DNA of 64,000 nt, taken from contig NC_068989.1 in assembly GCF_001194135.2 (NCBI RefSeq), forward strand, positions 47,854,646 through 47,918,645. The letters are read 5' to 3'. The stretch comes from Octopus bimaculoides. Lineage: Eukaryota. The notes beneath the pieces were generated by a model. That model ran no database searches. It was given only the letters and a program-made list of their open reading frames with translations, and was not told where the DNA came from. The translations under genes were made by a program, and so were the position numbers. Below are positions 61,586-64,000 of this stretch, in pieces. Numbering within the stretch: the first letter of the stretch is position 1; each line of letters begins with the position of its first letter.

Positions 61586-62590
61586 CACTGAACCGCAAAA
61601 GAGATGCGAGACGTGTGTGAAATATGTTTTAATTTCATTATGTCAAAGATAAATTTTGATAAATCTGATAAAGTCAATTTCTTGGATGCTTTTGACCACA
61701 GTCTATGGGTCGTTGTCATGTGTTCTGGTAGTGGGAGGATCCAGCATATCGAGATTGTAGGGCATGACATGTTCAATACTGTGTATACCCTCCCTGGGTG
61801 TTCAAGACAGCAATACACCATCGGTATATGGAGTGCATGAGGTAGTTCACAAAAGCCATTGGCACCTGTGCCCAGACACTGAGAAAAACTGCCTCCAGTT
61901 CCACACGAATTGTCGGCCTTGGAAACACCTGGTTCAGCCGTCTCTCGATTTCATCACACAGGTGTTTAATTGGGTTCAAATCCGGGCTGAGAGCCGGCCA
62001 CGGCATGGTTCTGATGTTGTGCTGACGCAGGGAGTCCATGGTGACCCTAGCCGTGTGGGAGGGTGCACTATCCAGCTGGAACACGTGGCTATGGTGACGC
62101 GCGAAGAAGGGTACGATGTGAGGTCTTTGGATGTAGTCGAGGCAGCGTTGCGCTGTGATGCCATTCCCTCTGCCTGTACCAACATTTTGAAACACAAGAG
62201 GCTCAGTTCTCTCATTCAGGCCTATGGCATCCCAAATCATGAATCTTTGGCCACCCCACACATCTCTCTCCATGACACATGCGTCTCTGTAGAGTTCACC
62301 CCTTCTACGTCACACCCTCACTCTGCCATCCGAACTGTCACGCTGGCCGGTCTGAAGAGATCACGGAGATGTTGCAGGTAGATGAAGCGGTCCTGCCTGG
62401 GCGTGGTCACCCGGGGTCGCCCTCTGCAGGCACGGCTTGCAGTGCTGTTGGTGTTGTAGTGTAGCTGGTGCTGATATGGACATTGTACGCTTTCGCAACA
62501 ACCAGTGCACGCTGCCCTGCTAGCAATCGGCCAATAGCTTGCTTATTCTCTCTGTGCTGCTGACAATCGGGTCATACTTGACGCGTCCAA
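61586..62590 (-). mobile_element. Tc1 (DD34E-type) transposon, decayed, one TIR visible
   Basis: TA|cactgaaccgcaaaagagatgc terminus. Transposase remnant 62575->61773 begins MTRLSAAQ and contains VFQLDSAPSHTARVT, WPALSPDLNPIKHL and the terminal GGYTQY*. Confidence 0.92.
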
Positions 62591-63482
62591 ATTACAAATC
62601 TTTGCTTTATTGTCTGCAAGAGGCCTGATATACATTGGGCAGTACAAAGACAAACAAGACAATACAAACAAAATATAAAACGTGGGGTAAAATGCGAAAG
62701 TAAAAATGGGTGTTTTGTTGCTTTGTTAGTGACCGGCTTGAACTCTCTCAAGAAGAACTTAAAATTCCAAGAAAAATCGTACATGCATAACAAACCACAT
62801 ACTGTTGTTTAGGACACACAAAAAAGTATGCACGGTTACAGAGACCAGCTGTCTTACTGATGTGAATATGTCTTTGCGAATCAAAGAGAAAGAAGATAAC
62901 TGGGGACAACTGCATCAAAAGCTCCAGATTCTATATCCGGGTTACAAATTTGCATTTATACCAATAATAATTAGTGCACATAGTTTTGTAAGGAAATGTC
63001 TAACTGTCAATCTGGAAAAGCTTGGACTTTCAGAAAAAGTAATCAACCAACTGACATTTGTCATGGGTATTTACTACCTCCGAGGTTCCGCTTGCTATGA
63101 AATGTGTGTAGACCGGATTTCATCTACTCCATTCCTTAACTCTTGGATGTTTATTCGCATACCTGGCAACCCTAGCTTCCTACCGTGAAATATAAAACAG
63201 TTTTTTTCAGCTTATCGTACTTCGATACGAGAAAATTTCGCAACCTTCAGCCCTAATAAACCAGTATTGTTCCTGAAAGTTGTTCTTTTATAATTTGTTT
63301 ATGGATTGCTTGATACTCACTCTCTTCCAACACATTGATCCTCGGATATTACATTGATATATGTATGCGTGCATGTGTGTGTGTACGTGTGCGTGTGCAC
63401 GCGCGCACGTATACATATGATATATAACTGCTATGGGAAACGATATTTTGAAACAAAGGTGTTTAATTTTTCATATGGGTAG

Positions 63483-63522
<40 letters not shown>

Positions 63523-63734
63523 ATGTGCATATGTGTACGTGTGTGTGAACTTGATAAACTTAATTTAATTTCGATTTTTTTAAAACACCAAATACTCCAA
63601 AGTCAAATCTCTTATTACAATCTCTTATTGCATTTAGCATCTCTGACTCTCACTCACTCTCACGCCGTTTGTTATTCTTTTGTTTCCTTTTAGCACCGTG
63701 ATCGCAGTGTGAAATACATAGCTTTTTATTATAT

Positions 63735-63739
63735 GTGAT

Positions 63740-63800
<61 letters not shown>

Positions 63801-63885
63801 AAAGACAGAAAAGACAGAAAGGACAAATGGATGTATGGACAGACGGCCGGGCGGACGGACGGGTCGATAGATAGATAGATAGATA
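63735..63885. repeat. (GATA)n/(GACA/GACG) microsatellite
   Basis: Direct reading. Confidence 0.9.
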
Positions 63886-63990
63886 GGTTTCTTTATTAGC
63901 CACACAGGGCTCAACACAGAGGGGACAAAATACAAATGTAGAGTTTTTCTTTTCGAGGGGGTCGAAAACAAAGCAGAAAAAAAACAAAAG
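63886..63990 (-). mobile_element. SINE 3' tail of the type seen at 1657-1720
   Basis: ttctttattagccacacagggctcaacacagaggggacaaa matches ttctttactacccacaaggggctacacacagaggggacaaa. Confidence 0.7.
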
Positions 63991-64000
63991 TGGGGACAAC

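Overview
Repeat-dense, AT-rich animal genomic DNA with 15 N-gaps (about 5 kb in total). The SINE, microsatellite and transposon content points to an octopus genome (inference from recalled repeat families; not database-verified). I cannot identify any intact cellular protein-coding gene, so this looks intronic or intergenic; most ORF-track entries are microsatellite or gap artefacts. Supported content: at least four tRNA-derived SINE families in many copies; five fragments of R4/Dong-like restriction-endonuclease LINEs beside (TAA)n arrays; RTE, CR1/Jockey-like and L1/Tx1-like LINE fragments; Penelope-like elements (PLEs) with type I hammerhead ribozyme motifs; a Gypsy (Mag-like) LTR plus gag remnant; decayed mariner, maT-like and Tc1 transposons; a hAT MITE; and a 615-bp MITE with an 8-bp target-site duplication (TSD) and a telomere-like core. 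Most notable: (i) a PLE 3' end in which GIY-YIG is followed by a tRNA-like Pol III-promoter module, an (AAT)n spacer and a hammerhead with an intact core; (ii) an inverted PLE terminal-repeat pair whose two decayed hammerheads together reconstruct a canonical ribozyme; (iii) a repeated tail-to-tail SINE/(ATT)n/Dong arrangement suggesting SINE tails seed landing pads for TAA-targeting LINEs. Boundaries were read by eye and can be off by tens of bases unless TSD or TIR positions are given.
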